Below, piece by piece: positions 21,254 through 34,200 of a stretch of DNA of 64,000 nucleotides. Source of the stretch: Podospora anserina (taxonomy: Eukaryota). Position 1 is the first letter of the stretch; each line of letters opens with the position of its first letter. Made by a program: the position numbers and the translations under genes. The stretch is taken from the NCBI GenBank assembly GCA_017654855.1, contig CM030333.1:806001-870000 (forward strand), in the 5' to 3' direction. Under the pieces are notes generated by a model, which did not search any database, was not told the DNA's origin, and saw nothing but the letters and a program-made list of their open reading frames with translations.

Positions 21254-24200
21254 TGGGGGAGGAAGATGGCGCAAGGTGAAATAAAAAATAATGGGGTCGC
21301 TAATGTGTGGTCCGGGGGCAGCACCCACTGGGTCCGTGTCCATGAAAGGAAGAAACTCTGTCCGGGCGGGACCGCTCTCTTGTCAGTTCAGCCACCAACT
21401 GCCTTCGACACTGCAACTGTCTTGCTTCTCCAGGTCAGATATCTTCGAGGTGACAGGTTGCTTCGCTTTCTTTTTGCTTTTGAAAATACCAAGGCAGTGA
21501 GATAATCGATAATAGAATAGCCTGACCAAAGAGACGAGACTGGGCAGTCCTCGGAATCCATTACAAAGCAGGTTCTCGCACGTCAACTTCCAGACTGCCC
21601 CCTTTTTCTGCCCCCCACACACACCTTGCGTGCTTTGCATGCCCTTCAAAAAATATACCGAACCGCACTTTAAGGGAAAGCTAGCTACCGTGCTACCTAC
21701 TTTTGCCTCTCCCGGTCTTTGGAGCGACTCGCTGACCGTACCGAGGCGAGGAACATTAGCCATCATCCCCACGACCCGCATGTCTTGCAGTTATGATCCA
21801 GCCATGCGTGAATATCAGCGGTGAGGTGCCCGGTACCTTTTTGATTTTTTTTCTCATCACGAATTACTCTTGATACCACTAACACTCGATACCAGGTAAC
21901 AAAAAACCGAGCAAACCTCGTGCTGATAACCATCATACGGCTTGGAGCTGGTCTTGCATAAGTCCTGGCCACAGAAAAGGACGTGGTGGAGCGGTGGGGC
22001 TTCTGCTTCACTGTGCTCGCACGGCTCGACCGTGTCTTTGACTTCGCGTGAGGATTCCACCCTTGGCACTGCACCTCCGGCAGAAGAGGAAAGGAAAGCA
22101 CGCAACAGGTGCCCGTTCCAGCGAGCAGTCTTCAAATTGCCATTCTGCTCAGACCTTTGTTTTGACAATGTCCGTTTTTGCCATGTTTCCCATATCTCCG
22201 GGATGGATATATCTCTTTTCGATGATCTTGTCAAACCTCGGATTCTTTTACGCCTACTCATTCTTGTCAGTCGGTCTTGTCGTGTCAAACACAGCAGAAC
22301 TCGACAGGCCCGAGATGCTGGTCCAATGAACTGGTCTCTTCGATCGATCCTTCTCCTTCAGGCCTTGCGGTGTCGATCAAAGGTCTAGATGCTTTGGCCG
22401 GCAGCCGGGGAAGATGCCCGGCACGACCAGTTTTCACCAGATATCCAAATATTCGGCCATGTCTGCCGAGCGCTTCCAGCGTTCGAGACCCGGCTGTGCG
22501 GGCATAACCATGTCATTTCTGACCGGAAAAGACGGCCGGAGATGGTGTGTGGTTAACAGAACGGAAGCAACAGCAACCAGCAACCAGCAAATCAATACAA
22601 TCCTTCGCCAACGGTGAGGTGACAGAGAATCCAAAGAATGGCATGGATGGAACCATCTCAAAGGTCGGAACAAATTGAGGGAGGTGGGGCATTTGTGGCG
22701 AATTGGTTGTTTCTGTCGAATAACCTGCCAGCGTTTGCTTTCTCCCCTCATCAGGCAAGGTCCCCGCCCTTTGGTTTGGTGCCGGGCTGCAAATGGAGGA
22801 ACATTGCGTCAGGCGCTATGGACCGGTGCAATCTGGCGGGATTGAAGATTCCCCCAGTGTTCTTTTTCCCCACTGCTCAACCAGCATGCTGCCAGCATTC
22901 CCTGGCCGCCGAGTTTTTGCATTTCTCTCTCGCTTTTCTGAATTTCTTCTTCCTCGAGAAGAAGCTGCAAGAGAGAGTTCATCGAGATCTCGGAAGACGA
23001 TCGACATCCCCTCCAGGTGCCAGACGGGATCGGTTGGCTGACGCTCTTTTGCGTTGTCGGACCACAAAGGAAACGGACAGGGATGCCAGTGGGTGTCCGA
23101 CCGTTTCTCCCAGCGATGACGTAACTTTGAGGTTGGAATGTTGTCTCAAGCCATGTTACTCGGCCATTGCCCGCACTGTGGGATCAAGTCTCTCCGTCTC
23201 CCACCATTTTGCCGTTTCCATCTGCTCTTTCGAGTCGTTGTGCTCACACTTGAATTCCTTCCGTCTCCCTCAGCGACTGCCCGCACCCGAACTCTTTCCA
23301 TTGTTCTTCACCCAGTGATGACTTTTCTCGTGCTGGAATGTGTAGGGAAAGAGTCGCGTGCTGACATCACCATGCCACGGCAAAGCTGACCCCTATGACG
23401 CACTTGACAGCCGGCTGCACAATGGAAAACACAAGGCGCCACCTGGCTCGCGCAGTCAAGAGGCACGGGCGGGTTCCACTAGTCAACCACACAACCAGGT
23501 TTGCAGAAGACGCGCCCAATGGCTGAAGAGAACATTTCAGCGAAAATTCGAGAACGGGGCCTTGCACTTGCAGCCAGAAGCAAGCACCATTACACAGCAG
23601 GACCAAGCTCTGCAACCATCCTCTTTTCGCTTAACCACCTTCCGAACAACCTTTCCCACGCTCAACACGTTCCAGGAAGATTCCCACCAGAGAGGAGGGC
23701 CACAGGGCCCTGAAAAAAGCTGTGGACAGCCCTGGGATTCCCCGGACGGCTGATGATATCGCTAACCTTTTTCAGGCCATCACGGCAACAAACCATTGGC
23801 GGTTGACATAGCACCTGTGGGTGAAGGCAGCATTGGAGACAACGGCCGGCTCCCCGAGGTGCAGTAGCGCACTCACTGTGCGCGTCCCTTGGTCCTTATT
23901 TTCCGCTGCCAACGCATGACCTTTTTTGATATTGGCGTGGGGAGAGGACAGTGTGTTTTCACCTTCAATTGACCAGATCTTGAATTTGCTGGTGAGGCTG
24001 GCGGACTTGTGGCGGCGCCAACACTCGTCATACAAGAGCCTGATAAGGACTGGTAAGCGTATCTAGACGTTGTACAGTACTTCAGTAAACTTTATGGCGA
24101 GCCGATCACAGGTATATTCTCGGAATGGCGTTAAAAACTTCCGTCAGGTACCATCGATGGGCGTGGGGGACCGACAAAACGAGGTGAGACAAGCTTGTTT

Positions 24201-24554
24201 GCTTGACATGATCGATCCATGTCACCCTGTCAAGATCCGGGGTACAGAGAGCCGCCTACGTAAGATCTGATATCTTTGAATATCAATATCAACTTCACTC
24301 CATGGTATTGTACATTACTCTTACATTTACAGGTTGTCGTCGTCGTCGTAGTAAGTACAACGCAGGCATAAGCAACGAGCGAGCTACTTCGTAGTAACTG
24401 CTAGCGCCGTCCACAAACTAGTGGAGGTGAGGCACTGTGGCTGCCCAATATTGCCAGCACATGCAAGAGATCACGAGATCTCGTCCATGAGACGCCCAAC
24501 ACGCTAGGTGGTCCTGAAGTCGAAGTCTATGGAGCCACGAGTATGTATTTGTCT

Positions 24555-24690
24555 AGTCCCAGCATTCTAATTTCACAACCTTAGCTTTCACTATTTAGAA
24601 TCCCAGCTTTAATTGTCCAATATCCCAGCTCTTCACTGTCCAAAATCCCAGCTTTTTACTGTACAAAATCCCAGCTTCTTATGGGATATC
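24555..24690. repeat. 22-23-bp degenerate tandem array, core ATCCCAGCTT
   Basis: Cores at 24600, 24622, 24645, 24668, plus weaker ones at about 24557 and 24579. Confidence 0.85.
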
Positions 24691-25249
24691 CTCTATGGGC
24701 ACCCTTATATATAGACACTTCCTCCATGTGCATTATTAACTTTCATTTATGCACCTCTCTCCCATTATCTCATGTGCACCCCCCATATTATAGCCCTGGC
24801 CCATAGAGAGGGTTATCCGTCCAAACTGTCCACCACGGTACTCTTGAAAGCTCTAGAAGCAACCTTTTGCAGTGATGCTTTGAGCGTGCCCGTGGAGCAA
24901 GTCCCTATGCTATATGTTGTGTGCCATGTGTGCCATGCTCTCCATGCTGGAAGTTTCTCGGTCCGGGCTCTTCCTACGCTACCACAACACCACTCACCAT
25001 GGCAACAACGGCAACAACTGGATGACAGCTACCACAGCAACATTACTACTGATCCAAGCCTGCATGCTTGCTCTTCCTCTTCCCTCTGCAACTTACTTTT
25101 GCCTAGGCACACATCCTGCGTCGTAGATAGGATCATTACAACACGGCTTATTAGAATTAACACAATGACAATGACGAGATACCTAGGTATTATGACGGCA
25201 TTGGTTATTTACTATTTTACATAAAACCACTCACAAAGCATGAAGATAC

Positions 25250-25562
25250 TTAGTCCAAGCTTTATACAGATTTGATCTTAGCAACCGTTTCTTATGATCC
25301 TGGCTCTTACTGTCGAAGATCCCATCTTGCACAATCTAAAATCCCAGGTTTGACAATATGCGTTCTCAGCTTCTTGTTAAAACGAGGCTCTATAAAGTTA
25401 TAGTGGATGAAAATGGATAGAGAATATATTGGAGGATATTCTATCTAAGCTTATATTTATCTCATCTCAGTATTTGTCTCTTACAGCCTTGGCTTTTACT
25501 ATCTAAGTTGCTGGCTTTTGATGTCTAAACCCCAGCTTTTGTTATTCAAAATCCGAGGTTGC
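25250..25562. repeat. more degenerate copies of the ATCCCAGCTT-type array
   Basis: gtccaagctt, atcctggctc, atcccaggtt, atctaagctt (25443), acccagctt, atccgaggtt. Confidence 0.6.
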
Positions 25563-25717
25563 TCCAAACGTGGCATTCTCAACAACAGAACTGTACATCA
25601 AGCTCGCCCACTTTGATCGAAAGAAAGCCCATATCACAGATTCATCCTATCACAAAGCACCGACTTGAAACATCAAACACAACGCTCTAAAAAGCAGTCA
25701 TCGCCCTTCTTTTCCCT

Positions 25718-26786
25718 CTACAAGCTCGGCCGTCCCTTCACCCCCAAAACCCTAAACCCCAACCTCGGCGCATGCACCCTAACCCCCTTCTCATTCTCCC
25801 ACACCACCTCCCTCTCGTCCACCCCCACTAACCTCCCCCTATCCTTGAACGCGCTCCCCGTATCAGTAGGAAAAACCTCCACCACATCCCCCTTCTTCAG
25901 TCCCTGAACCTTGACCACCGGATCAGCCTCATCCACCCCGATATCCCCCCCTCTCTTCCCCTTCAAAATCAGCTCAGCCGCTTCCCCACCCTTGATGACC
26001 CTCCCTTCCTTCCCACTCAGCGCATTGATAAACTGGTCAAACCTATTCACCCACGCCATCGTCTTCGGGTAGCGCGTCTTGTTTATGACAGCAGGGTCAA
26101 GAGCATTGTCGTTGTGAGGAGGGGGAAGGGTCAAAAGCCAGTGGATGACCCACACCCCTTCCACATCTGCGCGTGTGGGCTCCTTCCCGCCGAGGACCCA
26201 GTTCCTGCCATCGCTGAGGATGGTCTCTTCTAGTAAACGGACTGAGGATTGGATTTCAAGGAGGGCTTCCGCCCGGGAAAGGGCGCGGTCTTCTTTCGTG
26301 CGGGGTGCGGCGAAGGCTGCGGGAGAGAAGGTGGCGCGGTCTCTCAGGAATTTGGGGTCTTTCATCACGGGGAGGGAGGAGGGGAGGAGCTCGGCGGCTT
26401 TGAAGAAGAGGGTTGTGGCGGTTGTGAGGGTGGAGAGGAGGTGGGTGATGGTTTTTTGGTCTGCTGTGAGGGGGGGAGGGGGGAAGAGGGTGTCGAGGAG
26501 GTTGAGGATGAGGCGGGTGTCGAGGTAGAGGTCGCCGCCGTGGGCGAGGAGGGGGATGCGGCGGTAGTTGAGGGAGAGGTGGGTTGATAGGTCGGGGCGG
26601 GGGAGGATGGGGGGTTGGAGCTTTTGCGAAAATGTTAGCGTTTGGATGGTGAGAATGTGATGGAATGAGGCCGACTCGACTCACGCATTGACAGTATGGA
26701 ATTCCCCTGATCTTGAGATACCAAATCAGTCTTCTCGCATAAGGCGAGAAGGGGTAATGATACAGAATGAGAGGTTGGTCTGCCAT
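25718..26786 (-). CDS. glutathione S-transferase-like protein (GST_N_3 type); intron 26684-26621
   Basis: LILYHYPFSPYARR, spliced PPILPRPDL..YRRIPLL...YLDTRLI, C-terminal PTDTG...GRLVG...RVHAPRLGF. Confidence 0.88.
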
Positions 26787-27484
26787 TGTGAGAAAGTTAT
26801 GAGAGCAACACTTGCACAAACAACAGGAAGGATGCAGAGAAGCAGACGCTGAACAGGTGAGTGAGGCTCAATTCATATATTCATACATTCCCTATATCGA
26901 TTACAAACCTCGGTTCATCCGGATGTCGTTTGGTTCACGGAGCCCTGCGATGGTGGTTCGGCCTCGGCCCGGGGTAAGGTGCGCGTTGACATGCGGGGTT
27001 ACGGGGTAGCTCCCGCCGTTGGGGCAAAAAGTCTAGGCCTACGGCACCAGAGGAGCACGGGCCTTGTCTTGCTCAGTTGGCTCCCTTGTGATTCTACCTC
27101 TTACATGGATAGTACACTTGATGGACAGTGCAAGCTGAACTAGATAGCATCTGCCGAAAGGCACGGATGCACAGTGACTCGTATCTGCACACGTAGACTA
27201 AACTCAAGGCAAATACAGATGAAAATAACGTGACAAGAGATAAAAACTATTATTCCCTCCATGCTGGCCGGCTATCCATCTAATAACGTATCCTAACAAC
27301 ACACTATAATAAAAATATCCTTTCCAGAAAATAGACTGGTATATCCCTCTCTTTTTGTTTTGATGACGATAATGACAATGACAAATCCCAGATGTAAATG
27401 CAAAACCCAAACCCCCAAAAGCCATTTTCCCTGTATCTCATACCCCCCCTATTCACCATCTTACACTTCACCCCCATCACTCAC

Positions 27485-29980
27485 TCAAACCACACTCCCA
27501 ACAGCAATACTCCTCTTCCCCCTCCACCCCCTAAACCGTCCCATCAACCCCCCCTTCCTCCTCCTGTTCCCCTTCTTTTTACTTCCCCTTTCCTTCTCCT
27601 GCTTATCATACCCCCCCTGCCCACCACCACCCTCCTGCCTGACCCTCTGCACCAACCAAACATTATAAACCCCAAACAACAACCCCCCAACCACCATCTC
27701 CACCGCCTCCAAAATCCCAGCAATGATCGCCTGCGTGGACCACTCCCCATTCTGCACAGCATAAACCCCCACCACCGTCCCAACCAGCCCAACCATGCTG
27801 TACATCACAAGCGGCAAGTACAACTTGTTCAGCAACCAGACATAATTCCTCCTCCACTTCAACCCCAGCCACGCCGTCCCAAAAGTTCCGATGATAATAA
27901 ACACAAAGCCTACCACCATCGTTGCCGTGTTCGCCCTGGTGAGAAGAAGTTTCTTGTCCGGGGTGGTGTTTGCGCCTAGGTTGATGGGTATAGCGCTTTT
28001 AGGGTCCAACGGGGGGCGGGAGAGGGCCGTGAACGACCCCGGGATGATCACGTAGCCGGCTAGAAGAAGAAAAAGAAAAAGGGTGGAGAGGATGTTGTGC
28101 AGGCGGGGGATTTTGTCCAGAGACAGCAGGATGGACATGTAAGGTGTTTGTGGGGCCTGGGTGTTGTACAGTGGTTTGGAGTAGGACAGGTCCGTGTTTT
28201 TTCTTGTTGGCGGGGAGAAGGAAGAGGATGGTTGGACGGTTGGGTTTAACGGGCGGGTGGATGTTGCCGTTGCGGAGGAGGCGACTGAGTCGAGGGAGCT
28301 GGAGTGCGAGTGTTGGTTGTAGGCTGGCTTGGGGGGAGTGCCTCCGACGGCGCGGGGCTGATAGGGGGGGGAGACGACGGCCCGAGGCATGGTGGGATAG
28401 CGGCCGCCGTCTTGGTTTGACGAAGGGGAGGTGATGTTGCGGGAGAGGTAACCGCCCTGGGGCGGGGAGGTTACTCTTGGTGGGCTGACGATGCCGGACC
28501 GGGAGGGGCCAGCAGGATAGGTGTTGTTGATGTTTCGGGAAGAGCTGGTGATGTTGAGAGGGGCGATTTCTTTTCGTTGAGGAGGAGCGGCGAGGGCTGG
28601 TCTTTGGGGAGGGGCTGATGGGTTTTGAGAGAAAAGACCAACAGGTATGCCGCCTTCTGCTACTTGAGGGTTGGGTGGCGATTGCCTCAAGGGGTTAATG
28701 GTTTGTTGAGAAAGGTTGGAAGACATGACTGGCTTCTGGGGTGGGTTAGGAGGCGATTGCCTCAAGGGGTTCATGTCAATGTTGTTGCGAGAGAAGCCGG
28801 CCGGCAAGCTTGAGTCGGCAGGAGGGGGCGGGGGGTTTGGTGGTGATGACCGAAGAGGGTTCATCAACATTTGGTGTGGCGGTGAATTGACCGGCTTTCG
28901 AGAGAACGAGCCAGTGGAAGGGGGTAGAGGTTTTGAGGGAGAAACAACATTGCGGGAGCGACTAGTCTCTGCCGAGACGTTGGGATTGTACGTGGCCTGA
29001 GGTAAGGCGCTCTGCGGTGAAACCAAACGGTCAGAGGTTTGCGAAAATCCCCCGGCGGACACGGAGGTTTGCCGTGGAGGAGGATTGGGCGTGAGGTTTG
29101 CGGTGCGGAGCGGCGGGGGATAGGCTGGGTTTCTTTCCTGTGGCATATTGCGCCTTGCCTGTGCCTGCTCAAACGATTGCACCGGGGCCATTGCTTGTTG
29201 ACGAGTCGGTCGTAGAACCACCGGCACAGCTTGCTCAACTCGAGAAGATTGAACTTGTCCGGACCGCGATGAAGTTGGGACCGGGGGCACCGGTCCTCGC
29301 GGGACAGGAAGGGCTTCTGCCGGGATCGGCGGCCCCTGACGAGACGGGCCTTGCACCGCGGCCACGGGGGCAGACGGTAATGGGCCTCGAGGCGGTCCTC
29401 GACGACTAGCTGTTTGATTTGCTTGGATCTCTGCTTGAGGAGGTTCTTCTTTCACCGCTGGTTTCGGGAAAGAGAAGTTGGGTGCACCTTGATCTGGACT
29501 GACTTGGTTTCTGGCGGAAGCTGGAGGCCCTTGATTGAGTTTGCGTTGTTGGGTACTTAAAGCTGCTGGACGTTCTGGTGCACTTTCGGTAGGCTCTCTG
29601 CGTGAAGAAAAGCTTGCCTCTGTCACACTCTCAGCAGTACGCCCTGGAGCTGGTTGACGACTGCTCCCCTGCGTCGAAGGTTGGCGAGGCATCCCTCTCT
29701 TGGGACCGGCCGACCGCTTTCTTCCTCTGACAGCCGTACTTTCTTGCCCCCTCGCCGTCCTGGGAAGCCGGCCATCTTCTTCGGTGGATGCTGGCACCAT
29801 AGATTGCTGTTGCTGTTGTTGAGGTCTCTGTTGCCGTGAAGGTGCTCTCCGTGGGCCTCCTTGAGCTGTTGATGATTCTCCTGCTTCGTCACCCCCAGGA
29901 ACTGGTTTTCGAGATACGCTTCCCTTTGCGACCTGCTGTTGCCCTTGCTTTGGCACACGAGGGGCCCCTGCTGAAGACAT
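27485..29980 (-). CDS. uncharacterised membrane protein: long Pro/Ser-rich N-terminus plus about 4 C-terminal TM helices
   Basis: 831-aa ATG-initiated ORF. Hydrophobic segments after IPRLHNIL; WRRNYVWL motif. Confidence 0.8.
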   Translation of the reverse strand: MSSAGAPRVPKQGQQQVAKGSVSRKPVPGGDEAGESSTAQGGPRRAPSRQQRPQQQQQQSMVPASTEEDGRLPRTARGQESTAVRGRKRSAGPKRGMPRQPSTQGSSRQPAPGRTAESVTEASFSSRREPTESAPERPAALSTQQRKLNQGPPASARNQVSPDQGAPNFSFPKPAVKEEPPQAEIQANQTASRRGPPRGPLPSAPVAAVQGPSRQGPPIPAEALPVPRGPVPPVPTSSRSGQVQSSRVEQAVPVVLRPTRQQAMAPVQSFEQAQARRNMPQERNPAYPPPLRTANLTPNPPPRQTSVSAGGFSQTSDRLVSPQSALPQATYNPNVSAETSRSRNVVSPSKPLPPSTGSFSRKPVNSPPHQMLMNPLRSSPPNPPPPPADSSLPAGFSRNNIDMNPLRQSPPNPPQKPVMSSNLSQQTINPLRQSPPNPQVAEGGIPVGLFSQNPSAPPQRPALAAPPQRKEIAPLNITSSSRNINNTYPAGPSRSGIVSPPRVTSPPQGGYLSRNITSPSSNQDGGRYPTMPRAVVSPPYQPRAVGGTPPKPAYNQHSHSSSLDSVASSATATSTRPLNPTVQPSSSFSPPTRKNTDLSYSKPLYNTQAPQTPYMSILLSLDKIPRLHNILSTLFLFLLLAGYVIIPGSFTALSRPPLDPKSAIPINLGANTTPDKKLLLTRANTATMVVGFVFIIIGTFGTAWLGLKWRRNYVWLLNKLYLPLVMYSMVGLVGTVVGVYAVQNGEWSTQAIIAGILEAVEMVVGGLLFGVYNVWLVQRVRQEGGGGQGGYDKQEKERGSKKKGNRRRKGGLMGRFRGWRGKRSIAVGSVV

Positions 29981-31212
29981 GTTGAAGAATCGCAGTGAGT
30001 ATATCTCTCAAGGGAGGCAGTCGTAATCACGGGCGAGCAAGCAAGATGAGGTGAGGTAAGTCTAGACCTTGATGAAGCAAGGGCGGCCAGGGAAGGGATA
30101 TACGGCATTATATTGGAACTGGAAATACTACACACAAGTCGTCGAAACACATGATCGGCCTGTGATGACCCTCCTGAAAGACCGGGTCGGAAACATGTCG
30201 TTGGAAGTTGGGAGGCTCCCGGGAACACAGCAGCCAAATGAGATGAGCAAGCCACTGGGCTCTTCCCCCACGGTCCGGGTCAAGGCCGGTGAGCCCCCCA
30301 TAAAGAAAATTTGAAGGAGCTTGGAATAGAAATCTGAAGTCTGCCGTGCGAGTCTGGTCATTATGGGTGCCGACCGACGGCCGGTGTCCAACCCGGTTGG
30401 CCGGGTCCGAAACAGAACAAAAAGAACGCTTGAAGGCGGCGCGGGAGAAGTGATCACTCTGTTTTTGGTGCTGGTCGAGCCGGTCCAGCCGACCACTGAA
30501 ACTGAGAGGCACAGCTGGGCCAACTGCCGTTCATGCATTGCCAGAAAACATAAAGACGGCCAAGGCACTCTCTTCAATGTCGACTTCGACCTGGCCATCA
30601 CTGGTCATGAATTCTGCTCAAATGTTATTAGTCGCTCCATAAAGAAAACTGGAACCAGGTTGCTTGGCTGCAACAATAACAACAGTCGAGTAGAGCAGGA
30701 TGCCGAGATACGGATAGTCCAGGTTCATAGAAGATAACAACAATAAGAAGGTTTTATTCACTCCTATTTTTGAATCAATTGACGGCTCACAAGTGTAAAG
30801 AGCAACCTGCGACCTCGACTGCGACTTGCGATAAAAGTGACAAGACTGAGAAATAGATAATCTGATGTTCGCATCGCTCCTCCTCTGGCTCTGGTTGTCA
30901 GTTATCGGAGCATCGAGGCCTAAACCAATCAGAGAGCTGGAGACTTCAGGCAGGCAGCCCCACCATGGACACCCAGGATATGCTCCAGCCAATCAGACGG
31001 CGAGCGGCAGACGTCCGTCAAAATTTGGCTCCACGATAGCGGTGCCATCGAACTCGATAGGTAGGCGCATTCCTTGTGACCGCTGTGGTTCTCAACTCCT
31101 GTCAGGTCAACCCAAAAAAAAAGTCCCAGCTGTTGCCCGCTGCAGTGGCATCCCGACCACCCTCACTTTGCTCGTATGAAGCCGGCGAAGGAGCTTGTGT
31201 CCACAGCAAGCG

Positions 31213-34200
31213 ATGAATTCGTCTGTGATGGACTCCAACCAGCCAGCTCAGCCAAAAGACGCTGCCATGTCGGCCAACGCCCCCCTCGACCTCGACGCGC
31301 AGAGCCCACCGCGCCCTCCTTTTTCTCCATTGACCGAAGCCGCAACGGACTCGGGCACCCGCGAACCTTCAGTTAACCCGGGCGCCACGCTCGACCAGGA
31401 CGAGCAACAAGACAAAAATGCGTCCGCTTCAGCCACCGCCGACGCTAACCCGTCACTATCTTCCGCGCTCGTCAACTCTAACTCCAGCTCCAACTTCAAC
31501 TCCAACTCTTCCAACTCCAACCTTTCCCATCTCAACGTCTCCCAGATCAACGGCGCTTCAGCAATGGACAATGTCACCATGGATATGGGCTTTGATGCCG
31601 GCATGGACATGTACGGGCAGGGCATCACGCCTGCTACCAACATCCTCATGGCCATCGCCCGCAGTTATACACAGACCCAACAGCAGCAGCAGCAGCACCA
31701 GCAACAGCACCAGCGGCGACAATCTCAACTGCCCTCTACCATTCACCCCGCCCAGGTCTCACGAACTCACAGTGCGCTTGATGTTCCCGATGCGTTGATG
31801 GCGATCCCCGAACCTTCTCGAGCCCCGCCGCCTGTCGAGCCCCGGCTGGAGTCGTTTGCCAGGATTGAGTTTGCCGACAGTGTGTTCCAGATGACCACCT
31901 ATGCTGTCGTGATCGGCCGTGACGTACGGGCGCTGGAACTAGCAAGGAAGCAAGAAAAGGAGGATGAGGCCTGGAGGCAGATTGTCGATCAGTATGCGAG
32001 ACAAGGTCTTCCGCCCCCCCCACGGCCAGAGCTCAATCGTCGAAAGTTTACGAGATCATATGTCAGCGAAGAAGGTGGCATGCTGGGGCCGGAATCCGAG
32101 GACGAGGAGTATGTCCGGCCCGCAAAGCGTAGGAGAGTTAGTGTTGCGAATTCGGCATCCGGCGACTCGTCCATGGCGCAACAGGAAGCTGCCATAGCCG
32201 CCGAGCAAGCCGCGCTGAACGACAAGAGCCTTGCTGCCAACCGCCAATACGTCTGGCACACCCCCGGTTCGGCATCTGTCAATCTCAATGCTCTAAGACC
32301 GTCCCCATATACCGTTCCCTTCATCGGCATTCACTCGCCCGGGCCAGACATCGCCAAGAAGACAAAGGGGATTTCAAGACAGCACTTGAGAATTGAGTAC
32401 GATCAAAACGAAGGCGTCTTCAAAGCGTACCCATTACATAGAAATGGCATCTTTATTGATGATAAATTTCACAAAGACGAAGGCGTCACGCTGAGGAGCG
32501 GCAATCGTATCCAGATTAAAGAGGTCGAGTTTAAATTCATCATCAACGGCGTTGCCGAGGGCAAGACTGGTGCGGAGGAGGAGCCGCAGCAGGAGGCACC
32601 CGCAGCAGTCAATCGGCGCTACTCAGAGGGTGGCAAGGAGATGAGTTTTGATTTTGAGAGCTCCCACGACGCAGAAAAGGGGAGCACCAGCCCGGAGGAA
32701 GTGCCAGTGGAGGCAGCAAAGGAGAGTAGCGAAAGTGAGCTGTCGGATCTGGATGAAGAAATGCCCGATGCAGGGGAGCCGGAAGACGCCGAGGGCGAGG
32801 AGGACCAGGAAGTCATGGAGACCATTGAGCAGGATGCCGAAGAACAACTCAGCCACATCAAGCCTGAAGATATGACGCCCGAGATGCTTGCTGCTTTGCC
32901 ATTGCTTCCACCCAAGAAGCGTGGACCTGGCAGGCCTCCCAAGAACGGCATTATGTCCAAGAGAGAGGAAAGATTGCGAAAGAAGGCGGCTATGGAGCTT
33001 GCAAAGAAAAACATGCCGCCACCAACACCCGGCGAACCACCAATAAAGCGCAAGGTTGGTCGGCCACGAAAACATCCTCTCCCGGAAAACACGCCAGACC
33101 GGCCAGAGAAGCGCAAATACAAGCCACGCAAATCAAAGAACGGCGAGGAAGGCGAGATGTCGGAGACGGAAAAGACGCTCGAGAAGCGAAGGCGCGAAAA
33201 GCCCAAGACGCCTCCTCTGGAGCTGAACAGGGCAGATTACACAGAGGAGCAGCTGCAAAAGCCCAACAAGAATTACGGCATTCTCATCGACGAGGTCTTG
33301 TCCGCAGCCCCACCCGATGGGCTGACTCTCAAGCAGATCTACAAGCGCATCCAGATGAAGTATCCCTTCTACTATTTCACAGTAGACACCAAGGGCTGGG
33401 AGAGCAGTGTTCGGCACAATCTTATTGGCAATGTTGCCTTCAAGAAGAACGAGGAAACCCACTTGTGGGCCCGGGTACCTGGGATTGACATCGATGCTGG
33501 CAAGAAGCGGAAAGCCGCGTCTCCGGATCATTCCACGTCGATTCATTCATTTGGCCAGCACTATCAACCAACCGCAGCTCCTCAGGTGCAGCTGTTTCAC
33601 TCGGAGGCTGGTGCGCAGCAAGGGTACCGGCCTGGTGCTGGGCCTCCTCCACGTCCTGGGTATCCGGCTGCTCAAAGTCAGATGAATCTCGGCCAGCATC
33701 CTCATCAGCAGCTCTCGGCGCAGCCCGTCGGCGTTGGTGCTCAACAAGCCCTCCACCAGCCCTATCAGAGCACGGCTCAAGGGAACGGTATCCCCCAAAT
33801 GGCCGATCAAGGGGCAGCCCAAGGTTCCCGTCCCATACCCGCCAACCCGCAAGCGACGGCCTATTCGTCACCGTACGCATCAAGGCCCCCTCCATCGGCT
33901 TCGCCTCAGGCTGGCAATGTGCCACAGAGTGCTCAAAGGCAACAGCTTCCGCATCAAAACGGAGCAGCTCCGCACAACGGTGTGCCTCAGCCCAACAATG
34001 CGTCTCCGCACCCTGCATCGGCGGCGGGAGTCAAGCCAGGCCAACCTATCAGTACCAGCGGAACCCCAGCCCCGATCAAGCCTTCTATCCACCCAAGGCT
34101 CGTCGAGATTATCCGAAACTTTAGGAAAACAGTCACTTCGATCGGTGCAATTCGTTCTAATGTGGGAGATGCAGGAGAAGCTATTGCCATGTCTGTGATC

